Part shown: in pieces, positions 7,804-17,056 of the stretch
How the letters are laid out: each line of letters starts with the position of its first letter
How positions within the stretch are numbered: the first letter of the stretch is position 1
Source of the DNA: a virus
Taxonomy: Duplodnaviria > Caudoviricetes
Virus record (IMG/VR): IMGVR_UViG_3300037515_000269
Coordinates: 1-48,484 of that record
Strand: one strand, 5' to 3'
Length of the DNA: 48,484 nucleotides
Made by a program: the position numbers and the translations under genes
Notes under the pieces: model-generated
What the model was told of the DNA's origin: nothing
What the model saw: the letters and a program-made list of their open reading frames with translations, nothing else
Databases searched by the model: none

Positions 7804-8437
7804 CGAGGACCAGGACATAACGGAACCCCAGGGTCCTGAACGGATTGGGCCGCTGGAGAACCCGCGACACGAGCGGTTCTGTCAGGAATATCTGATTGAC
7901 CTGAACGCCACGAAGGCGTATCAGCGTGTCTACAAAGGCGTTAGCGCGACGGTTGCCGCGACGAACGGCGCCCGCCTGCTTGGAAATGCTGAGGTGGCCG
8001 GTCGTATTGTGGAACTCGAGCAGGACCGAGCGACGCGCACCGGCATCACGGCCGACAGCGTACTCGAGGAGCTGGCGATCCTCAAGAACTCCAACGTCCG
8101 GCACTTCGTGGTGGGGGAGGACGGCGAGATCACGCTGGCCCCCGGGGTTCCGGAGTCGGCGTGGCGTGCCGTGTCGGGGTTGAAAGTGAAGCGGCGGGTG
8201 ATCCCTCAGAAGCAGGGGGAGGCCATCCACGAGATCGAGACCGACCTCAAGCTGTGGGACAAACCGAAGACCCTCCAGCTGGCTGGTCAACACCTCGGGC
8301 TCTACAAGGAGCGAGTCGAGCACACCGGCCCCGATGGTGGGGTGCTGCGTGTGATGGCCATGACCAAGGAGGAGTGGGCGGCGCACGCGCAGGCCCAACA
8401 GGCAGCCCAGCCCGATGACAGCCGTCGCGATTCGTGA
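7796..8437 (+). CDS. terS: Terminase small subunit
   Basis: ERFCQEYLIDLNATKAY...ARLL; LKLWDKPKTLQL; directly upstream of TerL. Confidence 0.88.
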   Translation: MTDEDQDITEPQGPERIGPLENPRHERFCQEYLIDLNATKAYQRVYKGVSATVAATNGARLLGNAEVAGRIVELEQDRATRTGITADSVLEELAILKNSNVRHFVVGEDGEITLAPGVPESAWRAVSGLKVKRRVIPQKQGEAIHEIETDLKLWDKPKTLQLAGQHLGLYKERVEHTGPDGGVLRVMAMTKEEWAAHAQAQQAAQPDDSRRDS

Positions 8438-9896
8438 GCGCCGGGTTGCCTGGGCCCCGTTCTCGGGCACCAGTCAGGAGCTCTTTCTCGCGTGTCCGGT
8501 CTGGGAGGCGCTCTACACGGGCACCCGGGGTCCGGGGAAGACCGACGCGCTGCTCATGGACTTCGCGCAGCACGTGGGCGAGGGATGGGGACCGGACTGG
8601 CGCGGGGTCCTGTTCCGCCAGGAGTACAAGCCGCTCTCGGAGGTGGTCAAGAAGTCCGAGAAGTGGTTCCGGCGGATCTTCCCGCGCGCGCGATTCCTCC
8701 GGTCTCCGGGGGAATTCAAGTGGGTCTTTCCGGACGGGGAGGAGCTGCTGTTGCGGGCATTCGCCCGGCCGGCAGACTACTGGGACTACCACGGGCACGA
8801 GTACCCGTGGATCGCGTGGGAGGAGCTCACCGCGTGGTCGGGCGGGGAGTGCTACCACCTCATGAAGTCCTGTAACCGCTCCCCGCGACTGGGCATGCCC
8901 CGGAAGTACCGGGCGACCTGCAACCCCTACGGGCCGGGCCACAACTGGGTGAAGGCGTACTTCATCGATCCGGCGCCAGCAGGCGTGCCGTTCGTCGCGG
9001 ATCGGTCCTCGGCCGCGGCGGTGGCCGCGGAGTATGGTGTGGAGGTGGAGTCCAACGAGGCCCTCCAGACAGTGGCACTGCATGGCCACTACCGGGAGAA
9101 CCGGGCGCTGATGGAGGCGCAGCCGGACTACCCGCTCTTCATCGCGGCCGCCGCCGCCAACCCGGAACAGGCGAAGGCGTGGCTCAAAGACGACTGGGAC
9201 ATCGTCGCCGGCGGGATCGTGGACGACCTCTGGGACCGCGCCCGGCATGTCCTGCCGCCGTTCGTGGTGCCGTCGACGTGGCGGATCGATCGTGCGTACG
9301 ACTGGGGATCAACGAGGCCGTTCTCGGTGGGGTGGTGGGCGGAAGCCAACGGGGAAGCGGTGCAACTTGCTGACGGGCGCACGTTCGCGCCGCCGCGTGG
9401 GTCCCTGATCCGGATCGCGGAGTGGTACGGCTGGGACGGGAAGACGCCGAACGTGGGCCTGAAGATGACGGATGCCGCGATCGGTCGGGAGATCGTGGCC
9501 CGGGAGAAAGCCTTGGGGTTTGGGATGCGCGTGCAGGCGGGCCCGGCCGATAGCTCGATTTTCGACAAGTTGCCCGGGAAGACGTCGCCCGCCGACGAGA
9601 TGGCGAGCCACGGCGCCAAGTTCGTGGCGGCCGACAAGTCGCCGGGATCGCGCCGGCGTGGGGCAGAGGCGATTCGCCGACTCCTCACCGAGTCGGCGAA
9701 GGACCGTCCCGAGGGACCGGGGTTGTGGATCGTCGAGGGCTGCCGGCAATGGATCCGGACGGTGCCGACGCTGCCACGCTCCGACGCGGACCCCGACGAC
9801 GTGGACACGGACGCAGAAGACCACACGTGGGATGAGACGCGCTACCGCTGCATGGCGGTGCGGAGAGCCGTGACCGTCAGTACGTACCGGACCTAA
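8415..9896 (+). CDS. terL: Terminase large subunit
   Basis: GTRGPGKT Walker A, WEELT Walker B, RATCNP, YDWGS, DHTWDETRY nuclease motifs. Confidence 0.92.
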   Translation: MTAVAIRERRVAWAPFSGTSQELFLACPVWEALYTGTRGPGKTDALLMDFAQHVGEGWGPDWRGVLFRQEYKPLSEVVKKSEKWFRRIFPRARFLRSPGEFKWVFPDGEELLLRAFARPADYWDYHGHEYPWIAWEELTAWSGGECYHLMKSCNRSPRLGMPRKYRATCNPYGPGHNWVKAYFIDPAPAGVPFVADRSSAAAVAAEYGVEVESNEALQTVALHGHYRENRALMEAQPDYPLFIAAAAANPEQAKAWLKDDWDIVAGGIVDDLWDRARHVLPPFVVPSTWRIDRAYDWGSTRPFSVGWWAEANGEAVQLADGRTFAPPRGSLIRIAEWYGWDGKTPNVGLKMTDAAIGREIVAREKALGFGMRVQAGPADSSIFDKLPGKTSPADEMASHGAKFVAADKSPGSRRRGAEAIRRLLTESAKDRPEGPGLWIVEGCRQWIRTVPTLPRSDADPDDVDTDAEDHTWDETRYRCMAVRRAVTVSTYRT

Positions 9897-9914
9897 CCTG
9901 AAGGGAGCCCCGCC

Positions 9915-11477
9915 ATGACCGCGACGATGCCGCTGACGGACCCGACCGATTTCGGGAACCGCCCCAGCGAGGGACCGTTGCGGGCGGGTGGGGTCGGCAT
10001 GGGCAGTCCGGTGACGGACCAGGATTTGCCCTCGACGCCGTCTCCGGTGGTCCAGGCGCAACAGAAGGCGCTCCAGCTCGTGCGGGACCTGGAAGCCGGG
10101 GCGGAACGTATCCGGGATCAGTCCACCGTGTACCTGCCCAAGGAAGCTGGTGAGCATCCCGAGAACTACCGGACCCGGCTCGCGCGGTCGGTGTTTCACA
10201 ACTTCTTCGGGCGCACGGTCGAGGGGTTGACGGGACTGGTATTCCGGAAGGACCCCGTCCTCGGGGACGATGTGCCGGCGGTGATGCGGCGCCAGTGGGA
10301 GAACCTCGACCTCGCCGGCACCCATGGGGACGTGTTCGCCCGGGACCTCTTCCAGGACGCCGGGGTCGCGGGGCATGCGGCCATCCTCGTGGAGTACCCG
10401 AAGACCGATGGCCTCCAGGGCTACGGGGAAGAGTCCCGCGGGGAGATCCGGCCCTACTGGCTCCCGATTCGCAAGGACGACATTCGGAGTTGGCGCACGA
10501 CGACCGAGGACGGGCACCTGGTCCTGACCCAGCTCGTGTTGCGTGAGTGCCAGTACGTGGCAACCGGGGCGTACGGGGAAAAGGAACAGACGCGATGGCG
10601 GGTGTTTCGCCGGGCGCGGGCCGGTGAGACCGTCGTGGTCTCGTGGGAACTCCTGGAGGTTACACCCGACAAGCGGGTGCGGTCGGTGGATCAGGGCGTG
10701 TGCCGGAACCAGGTCGAGATCCCGGTGGCGGAGGTCATCACCAACGGAAGGACCGGCCTGTTCGCCTCACAGCCGCCGCTTCTGGATCTGGCCTATCTCA
10801 ACGTGGCCCACTACCAGCAGTGGAGCGACTACGCCACCGTGCTGCACATGACGATCCCGCTCCTCTTCGGTGCCGGCGTGGATGGGAAGGATGCCCAGGG
10901 ACAGGATCTCACGATCAGCGTGAACGCCGCGATCTGGAGTGCCGATCCGCAGGCCAAACTCTCGTACGTCTATCACGACGGCTCGACGCTGGCCGAACAC
11001 AAGGCGGCGCTCGATGCGCTCAAGTCCGACATGGGGGCGCTGGGTCTGGCGATGCTGGCGCCGCAGAAACGGACCGCCGAGACGGCGGAAGCGAAGCGGC
11101 TGGACAAGGCGACCAGTGACTCGGCGCTCGCCGTGGCCGCGCGCGGGCTCCAGGATGGCATCGAGCGCGCGCTGGGGTTCCACGCCCGGTACCTCTCGTT
11201 GGCCGATGGGGGGTCCATCGCGATCAACCGGGACTTCGAGGGGCTCCTGTTGGATGCCCCGGTCATGACTGCTTATGCGAGGCTCGTGGCGGCCGGATTC
11301 CCGCGACGGGCGGTCCTGGAGGCATTGCAGCAGGGTGGTCGGATTCCGCCGGACGCCAATCTCGACGAGTTGGAGATGGAGTGGGCCGCCGGGAGTATGG
11401 CGGACGAGGAACGGCGGCGGGAGCAGCGGGAGCAGGACGAGGCCCGCGCCCGGGAGATGGAGGGGGCGGCGGCGTGA
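9915..11477 (+). CDS. Portal protein (DUF4055-like)
   Basis: YLPK...Y..RL.RS.F.N, PPLLDLAYLNVAHYQ, AETA; follows TerL. Confidence 0.85.
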   Translation: MTATMPLTDPTDFGNRPSEGPLRAGGVGMGSPVTDQDLPSTPSPVVQAQQKALQLVRDLEAGAERIRDQSTVYLPKEAGEHPENYRTRLARSVFHNFFGRTVEGLTGLVFRKDPVLGDDVPAVMRRQWENLDLAGTHGDVFARDLFQDAGVAGHAAILVEYPKTDGLQGYGEESRGEIRPYWLPIRKDDIRSWRTTTEDGHLVLTQLVLRECQYVATGAYGEKEQTRWRVFRRARAGETVVVSWELLEVTPDKRVRSVDQGVCRNQVEIPVAEVITNGRTGLFASQPPLLDLAYLNVAHYQQWSDYATVLHMTIPLLFGAGVDGKDAQGQDLTISVNAAIWSADPQAKLSYVYHDGSTLAEHKAALDALKSDMGALGLAMLAPQKRTAETAEAKRLDKATSDSALAVAARGLQDGIERALGFHARYLSLADGGSIAINRDFEGLLLDAPVMTAYARLVAAGFPRRAVLEALQQGGRIPPDANLDELEMEWAAGSMADEERRREQREQDEARAREMEGAAA

Positions 11478-11692
11478 GTCCCGTCATGACGTGGCTCTGC
11501 TCCCTCGTCGAGTGCGCGATTTGTAGCCACCGATGGGCCGCGGTGCGCCCGGAATGCGCCGGCGATCACCTCGAGTGCCCCGGCTGCGGCTACTACGGCG
11601 AGGTCACGAACATCGACGAGGACGAGCCGCACCGGGCCCGGGACGGCTGGAACCATGGGCCGGATGGCGAGCCGACGGAGCGCATCCCATGA
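11474..11692 (+). CDS. Small zinc-ribbon protein
   Basis: CAICSHRW...LECPGCG; overlaps both neighbours. Confidence 0.6.
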   Translation: MSPVMTWLCSLVECAICSHRWAAVRPECAGDHLECPGCGYYGEVTNIDEDEPHRARDGWNHGPDGEPTERIP

Positions 11693-12639
11693 GTCCCGCC
11701 ACCCGCGCCCTCCTGGCCCGCTTCCGCCGGCAGACCGCGGCCTTGGAGCCCGACCTACGCCGTGCCTGGCTCCGCGGTGTGGCGCGGCTCCAAGCGCAGG
11801 TCTCGGAAACCGAGCTCGTGCGCATCCTCCGGAGCCAGGCGGTGGACCAGCTAATTGCCGACCTCTATACCGGGGAAGCGATCGAGCGGGCGTTCGCCGA
11901 ACTCCGGGTGGGTGTGCGGGACGGTGTCGCCACGACCGCGACCGCGTTCCAGCGGGAACTGCCGAAGGCTGCCGTGCCGGGGATCGCGTTCGACGTGCTG
12001 AGTCCCCATGTCGTGACGGCCATCCGGACGCTCGACACCAAGGTCATGCAGGGGCTCGTGGCGGAGGTCCAGGCCACGGTGCGCCAGCACGTCCAGGCCG
12101 GGCTCGAGGCCGGGGAGGGGCCCGCCGCGATTGCCCGCGGGGTCCGGTCCGTGCTCGGACTGGCGCCGAACCAGGAGGCCGCGGTGCGGAACTTCGAGGC
12201 GCTGCTGCGTGCTGGGGATCGTGCGGCGCTGACCCGGGCGCTCCGCGACCGGCGGTTCGATGCCACCCTCAAGCGGGCGTTCGCGGGCGACGGGCTGAGC
12301 GAGGCGCAGATCACCCGGATGGCGACGGCCTACCGGCGCCGGATGGTGGCGTTCAACGCCTCGACGCACGCCCGCACGGCCGCGCTGGACGCCACGAAAC
12401 GCGGCCAGGCGCTCGCCTGGCAGCAGGCGGTCGAGCAGGGCTTCGTGGATGGAAGCCGGTTGATGAAGAGGTGGGCCTCGGTAGGCGATGATCGGGTCCG
12501 ACCTGCCCACGTGGCGATGAACGGTGAAGTCGTCCCGGCCGATCAGCCGTACTCGAATGGCGAGCAAACTCCTGGGGAGTCAACCTATAATTGCAGGTGT
12601 CTTTCGGCCTTTTTTCTCGCACGCGGAGCGGCGGTATGA
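11689..12639 (+). CDS. Minor head morphogenesis protein (MuF/SPP1 gp7-like)
   Basis: KRWASVGDDRVRPAH...PGE...NCRC at C-terminus. Confidence 0.85.
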   Translation: MSPATRALLARFRRQTAALEPDLRRAWLRGVARLQAQVSETELVRILRSQAVDQLIADLYTGEAIERAFAELRVGVRDGVATTATAFQRELPKAAVPGIAFDVLSPHVVTAIRTLDTKVMQGLVAEVQATVRQHVQAGLEAGEGPAAIARGVRSVLGLAPNQEAAVRNFEALLRAGDRAALTRALRDRRFDATLKRAFAGDGLSEAQITRMATAYRRRMVAFNASTHARTAALDATKRGQALAWQQAVEQGFVDGSRLMKRWASVGDDRVRPAHVAMNGEVVPADQPYSNGEQTPGESTYNCRCLSAFFLARGAAV

Positions 12640-13688
12640 GTGAGCCCCTGGGGATCCGGGCACCGGACCTCGCCTCCCCGTTCGCCCCAGGGCAGCACAT
12701 CGTCCTCAAAAATCCCGTCCGCGAGCATTTCAAGGCGTTCATCTGCGGGAACGCGACGATCTGCGAGCGGGTGGTGCAGGCGGGGAGCGCCGAGGGGCAG
12801 ACGTTGATCCTCTGTGGTGCGGGGCCGACGCTCCGCGACCATGCCGAGCAGTGGTGCCCGCGGGGGGACCAGGTCTGGGGGTGCAACTCGGCCATGACCT
12901 GGCTGCACACCCAGGGCTACCCGGTGACCCACGGCTTCACGATTGACCAGACGCCGCACATGTTGGAGGAGTGGGCCACCGTGCCGGACATAGAGTATCT
13001 CCTGGCGTCCACGGTGCACCCCCACCTCGTGCAGCTCCTCCAGGGAGCGCAGCGGTCCATCGCGTTCTTTCACAACTACGTCGGCATCGACGCGCGCCCG
13101 GTGGAGTACTGTGCCTGCGGCCATGATCATGCCCGGGTGGCGGACGGGATGGCGCCGACCTGCGCGCACTGTCCCTGTACGGCCTACGAGCCGCGGCGGA
13201 TGGACTATGAGGACTGGCTCTACATCCAGCTCTACCCGCCGACCGTCCGAGCGGGATCGGGGCTGAACTCGGTCACCCGGGCGATCGATGTCGCCCTGTT
13301 CATGGGATTCGCCCGGATCATCGTGCTCGGGGCGGACTGTGCTCTGCGGGTCAGCCGGCCGCTCCCGCGGGGGGTCATGGCCGGCACCCCGGCGTTCCGG
13401 CGCTGGCTCGAGGAGTCTGTGGAGATGCACGTCGACGGCGGGAATGCTGTCGCCTCCGGGGCCACGGAAACCACGATTGACGGGGTGATTGACGGCCGGT
13501 ACTGGCTCACGAAGCCGGACATGATGATCACCGCGGTCTGGTTGGAGCGGTGGCGCCGGAAGCTGGGCCGGCGCCTCACCCTGATCGGGGACACGCTCCC
13601 CAAGGCTCTCCGGGGGAAACCGGAGGCCTACTTGGACCGGCTGCCGGCCATGGTGGACACTCAGGGGAACCCGTTGCGGCTCATATGA
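12636..13688 (+). CDS. Maf/DUF115 (MAF_flag10, MptE-like) family protein, putative nonulosonate transferase
   Basis: LILCGAGPTL, WGCNSAM..L...G, FTID, LASTVHP, NSVTRAIDVALFMGFARIIVLGADCA match the Maf central-domain pattern. Confidence 0.72.
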   Translation: MSEPLGIRAPDLASPFAPGQHIVLKNPVREHFKAFICGNATICERVVQAGSAEGQTLILCGAGPTLRDHAEQWCPRGDQVWGCNSAMTWLHTQGYPVTHGFTIDQTPHMLEEWATVPDIEYLLASTVHPHLVQLLQGAQRSIAFFHNYVGIDARPVEYCACGHDHARVADGMAPTCAHCPCTAYEPRRMDYEDWLYIQLYPPTVRAGSGLNSVTRAIDVALFMGFARIIVLGADCALRVSRPLPRGVMAGTPAFRRWLEESVEMHVDGGNAVASGATETTIDGVIDGRYWLTKPDMMITAVWLERWRRKLGRRLTLIGDTLPKALRGKPEAYLDRLPAMVDTQGNPLRLI

Positions 13689-13689
13689 C

Positions 13690-13718
13690 TTGACGTGGGC
13701 GCGGGACGTGCCCATGTT
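13690..13718 (+). promoter_or_regulatory. Putative sigma70-type promoter for capsid operon
   Basis: TTGACG, 17-nt spacer, CATGTT, in a rare intergenic gap. Confidence 0.4.
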
Positions 13719-13750
13719 TGGCGAGTAGACAATAGGCAGTGAGTGGCCCC

Positions 13751-13788
13751 CGTGGCCCCAGGAATGGTTCTTGGGGCCACGTTTCTTT
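13751..13788 (+). terminator. Intrinsic terminator-like hairpin
   Basis: cgtggccccaggaa-tgg-ttcttggggccacg followed by tttcttt. Confidence 0.65.
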
Positions 13789-13821
13789 GTGCGGCGGGCT
13801 GGGCCCGCTAAGGAGACCGTC

Positions 13822-14580
13822 GTGGCGCTCAGGGCGATCCTCGACAAGCTGGACGACGTGGCGGAGGCCCAGCGGGCCCTCTACGTCGCGCGGGACGGGA
13901 AGTACGTGCTGGATGTGGACCCGGATTCGGCGGAGGAAGCCTTCGCGGCGGGGCTCAAGAAGAACCGGGACGACACGCTCCGGGAGCTGGCAGCGGCCAA
14001 GAAGAAGCTCTCCGCGTGGGATGGAGTGGATCCGGACGAGTACCGTCGGCTCCGCTCCGCGGCCGACGAAGCCGAACGGAAAAAGGCCGCTGCGGAGGGG
14101 GACTTCAAGGCGCTGGAGAAGCAGCTGATCGACCGGCACAACGCCGAACTGGAAGGCCGGGATGCCAAGATCAGCAAACTGACGGCGGCGCTCGAGAAGC
14201 GGCTGGTGCAGGCGCAGCTCCAGGCGGCGTTGAGCAAGGCCAACGCACGACCGACCATGCTGGACCTGTTGGTGCTCGACGGATCACGGTCGATCCGGGT
14301 GCGGGAGACGGGCGACGACTTCGAGGAATTCGTCGCGGACGAGAAGGGCAACCCGCTCGTCGCTGACGGCAAAGGCACCCCGATGACCGTGGAGATGTTC
14401 GTCGAGCAGCGGCTCAAGACGAAGTATCCCGATGCCTTCCTGGGATCGGGGAGTTCCGGAGGCGGGGCCTCCAAGTCTACCGGTGGGGCCGGTGGCGGAA
14501 GTGTGATCCCGGCCGGCGATGGCAAGGCGTTCATCGCCAACCTGGACAAGATCGCGAAAGGCGAAGTCCAGGTTCAGTAG
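13822..14580 (+). CDS. Capsid scaffolding protein
   Basis: SD aaggag; ALY...DGKYVLDVD, coiled coil, Gly/Ser-rich C-terminal part; precedes capsid. Confidence 0.8.
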   Translation: MALRAILDKLDDVAEAQRALYVARDGKYVLDVDPDSAEEAFAAGLKKNRDDTLRELAAAKKKLSAWDGVDPDEYRRLRSAADEAERKKAAAEGDFKALEKQLIDRHNAELEGRDAKISKLTAALEKRLVQAQLQAALSKANARPTMLDLLVLDGSRSIRVRETGDDFEEFVADEKGNPLVADGKGTPMTVEMFVEQRLKTKYPDAFLGSGSSGGGASKSTGGAGGGSVIPAGDGKAFIANLDKIAKGEVQVQ

Positions 14581-14632
14581 GAGGTCGGGGAGCCCCCGCC
14601 CGGCGTGGCCGGGCCGCTGAAGGAGTCCGACC

Positions 14633-15787
14633 GTGGCCAACACCATTACGAACGTCCTGCCCACCCTGCTGGCGCAGGGGCTGCTGGCACTCCGCCAGAA
14701 CTGCATCCTGCCGCGGCTGGTGAACCGGGACTACCAGAACCTGGCTGCGCAGAAGGGCAACGTCATCAACGTGCCCATCCCCTCCGCGGTCGCGGCCCGG
14801 GACGTCACCGCCGCCGTGACCTATGCCGCCAACGTGGACAGTGCGCCCACGACCGCGGCCGTGACGCTCGACTTCTGGAAGGAAGCGCCCTTCCACCTCT
14901 CCGACAACGACCTCGTGTCGGCTGTCGAGGGGGCCATCCCGATGCAGGCGTCCGAGGCCATCAAGTCGCTCGGGAACGCGATCGACGAGTACATCATCGG
15001 GAAGCACCTCGGCATCTACGGGCTCGTGGGGACGGCTGGCACCACACCCTTCAACGCCTCCCTGAACATCGCCAAGGATGCCCGCGTGCTGCTCAACAAG
15101 CAGCTGGCGCCGCTCCGCGACCGGCGGGCCGTGATCGATCCGGATGCCGAAGGCAACCTGATGATCAACAGCGAGATCCTCAAGGCGAACGAACGCGGGG
15201 ATCAGGGCGGGATCATCGAGGGCACGATCGCCCGGAAGCTCGGCTTCGACTGGTTCATGGACCAGAACCTGACCGGGCAGCTCTACACGCCGGGCACCGG
15301 CTGGGCGTCGGGCAACATCGCCTCCACGGTCTCGGGGTCGATCGGCGACACGACCCTGAACATCATCAACGCCACGGCGTCGGGCAGCATCAAGGTGGGC
15401 GACATCTTCCAGCTCACGGCCGATGCGGCGAACCAGCAGTACGTGGTCACCGCCGCGGCCACGATCTCGGCCACGGTGGCGGTCGCGATCTCGTTCACGC
15501 CGCCCCTCAAGACCACGGTGGCGACCGGGGCGACCCTGGACGCGCTGGTCTCCGTGGCCTACGTGCCGAACCTGGCGTTCCACCGCGATGCGTTCGCGTG
15601 GGCGTCCCGGCCGCTGGCGGACATCGAGGGGCTCGGCAATCAGATGATGACGGCCGCGGATCCGCTCTCGGGCGTGGCGCTCCGGCTCGAGGTCTCGCGG
15701 CAGTACAAGCAGACGACCTTCTCGTACGACGTGCTCGGCGGGGCCAACCTGGTGCGCGCCGCCCTGGCCGTGAAGATCGCCGGGTAA
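14633..15787 (+). CDS. Major capsid protein, P22 coat (gp5)-like
   Basis: MANT, VNRDY, KGNVINVPIP, NLAFHRDAF..ASRPL, YDVLGG; SD aaggag. Confidence 0.88.
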   Translation: MANTITNVLPTLLAQGLLALRQNCILPRLVNRDYQNLAAQKGNVINVPIPSAVAARDVTAAVTYAANVDSAPTTAAVTLDFWKEAPFHLSDNDLVSAVEGAIPMQASEAIKSLGNAIDEYIIGKHLGIYGLVGTAGTTPFNASLNIAKDARVLLNKQLAPLRDRRAVIDPDAEGNLMINSEILKANERGDQGGIIEGTIARKLGFDWFMDQNLTGQLYTPGTGWASGNIASTVSGSIGDTTLNIINATASGSIKVGDIFQLTADAANQQYVVTAAATISATVAVAISFTPPLKTTVATGATLDALVSVAYVPNLAFHRDAFAWASRPLADIEGLGNQMMTAADPLSGVALRLEVSRQYKQTTFSYDVLGGANLVRAALAVKIAG

Positions 15788-15817
15788 CCCACTCCTCCTG
15801 TTCGGGGCGCACACGCC

Positions 15818-15839
15818 GCCCCGGGTGGGGGCCGTTTTT
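15818..15839 (+). terminator. Possible weak terminator after capsid gene
   Basis: gcccc-gggtg-ggggc followed by cgttttt. Confidence 0.35.
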
Positions 15840-15855
15840 CGCAAGGGGGTGGGAG

Positions 15856-16377
15856 ATGGCCGTCACGATCGTGGCAACGGTCGGGAGTGCGTCCGCCAAC
15901 AGCTATGTGACGCTGGCGGAATGCACGACCTACATGGAGGCACGGCTCAACAGCGACGCCTTCGACGATGCGGCCGAGGATAGCAAGAATCGGGCGCTCG
16001 TCGAGGCGACGCGCGAGCTGACGGTGCTCCCGTGGGATGGTCTCCCTGTCACCGCCACGCAGGCGCTGGCCTGGCCGCGGCAGTGGTCCCGGGACCCGGA
16101 CTCCCCCGTGCAGGACTACTTCGAGACCGACGTGATCCCGCAGCGCGTCAAGGACGCGGCCTGTGAGTTGGCGTTCCAGTTCCTGAAGGCGGGGACGACG
16201 GACGTCGCGGCCGAGCCGGCCGAGTTCGGCGTGATCGAGAAGACCGTGGATGTCCTGACCACGCGCTACGAGCCCCGCCAGCGCAGCACGGGCCTCCGGC
16301 GGTATCCCCGCGTCTGGGATCGGGTCGCCCCCCTGTTGCAGTACTCCCCGAGCACCCGCCGGCTGGTGCGGGGATGA
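15856..16377 (+). CDS. Head-tail adaptor (DnaT-like annotated family)
   Basis: ANSYVTLAE, QALAWPR, IPQRVKDAACELA. Confidence 0.8.
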   Translation: MAVTIVATVGSASANSYVTLAECTTYMEARLNSDAFDDAAEDSKNRALVEATRELTVLPWDGLPVTATQALAWPRQWSRDPDSPVQDYFETDVIPQRVKDAACELAFQFLKAGTTDVAAEPAEFGVIEKTVDVLTTRYEPRQRSTGLRRYPRVWDRVAPLLQYSPSTRRLVRG

Positions 16378-16691
16378 TCACGTTCACCCGCGTCACCCAG
16401 ACCCAGGACGAGGCGACCGGGCTCCTGACGCCGGTCACCACGACGATCACCGGCGAAGCCGTGCAGGTCCGCGGGCACCCGCAGCGGTATGCCGCACTGG
16501 GGCTTCGGCTCGACACCATGCCCACGCTCTTGGTGACGCCGACCACCTACCCGTTGCTGGCCAACGGGGACGAGTTCGTGCTGCCGGGGGATACCGTGGA
16601 GTGGACGGGCGAGGTGTTCACGGTGCGGGACGTGGAGCCCGTCGCCCCCGATGGTCGGGTGATCGTCGCCCGCGTGGTGGTGGCCAAGTGA
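16374..16691 (+). CDS. Head-closure/joining protein
   Basis: Position; beta-rich; PGDTVEW...FTVRDVEPVAPDG. Confidence 0.65.
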   Translation: MITFTRVTQTQDEATGLLTPVTTTITGEAVQVRGHPQRYAALGLRLDTMPTLLVTPTTYPLLANGDEFVLPGDTVEWTGEVFTVRDVEPVAPDGRVIVARVVVAK

Positions 16692-17056
16692 CCTTCTCCG
16701 ATGATCTCGACCGTTTCCTGGCGGACCTGGAGCGACGGCGCCGCGACCTGTTCGTGGGGGTGGCGACCGAGACGCTGCGCTCGATTCAGGAAGGCTCGCC
16801 GATCACCGGGGCACCGGGGCAGCCGGTGGATACTGGGAACCTCAAGGCGTCCTGGCAGTTGCTCTTTGAGAGCGAGACGACGGCGCTGATCCAGACCAAC
16901 GTGATCTATGCGCCCGGCATCGAGGACGGGATCAGCCTGGAGACCGGGCAGCGGCTCGTCCAGCGGTCCCCGGTCGGAGGGTTCGGGTCAGTTCGTCTCA
17001 CCCGGGCAGGCTTCCAGCGGATTGTGGCCGCGGTCGCGCGGGAGGTGACCGCATGA
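16688..17056 (+). CDS. HK97 gp10-like neck/tail component
   Basis: PVDTGNLKASW, NVIYAPGIEDG. Confidence 0.75.
   Translation: MTFSDDLDRFLADLERRRRDLFVGVATETLRSIQEGSPITGAPGQPVDTGNLKASWQLLFESETTALIQTNVIYAPGIEDGISLETGQRLVQRSPVGGFGSVRLTRAGFQRIVAAVAREVTA

Noticed and set aside
14605-15855. 590-aa ORF 14605-16377 as one gene
   Set aside because: Its 5' part overlaps the coat gene in another frame; only 15856-16377 looks like a real protein.
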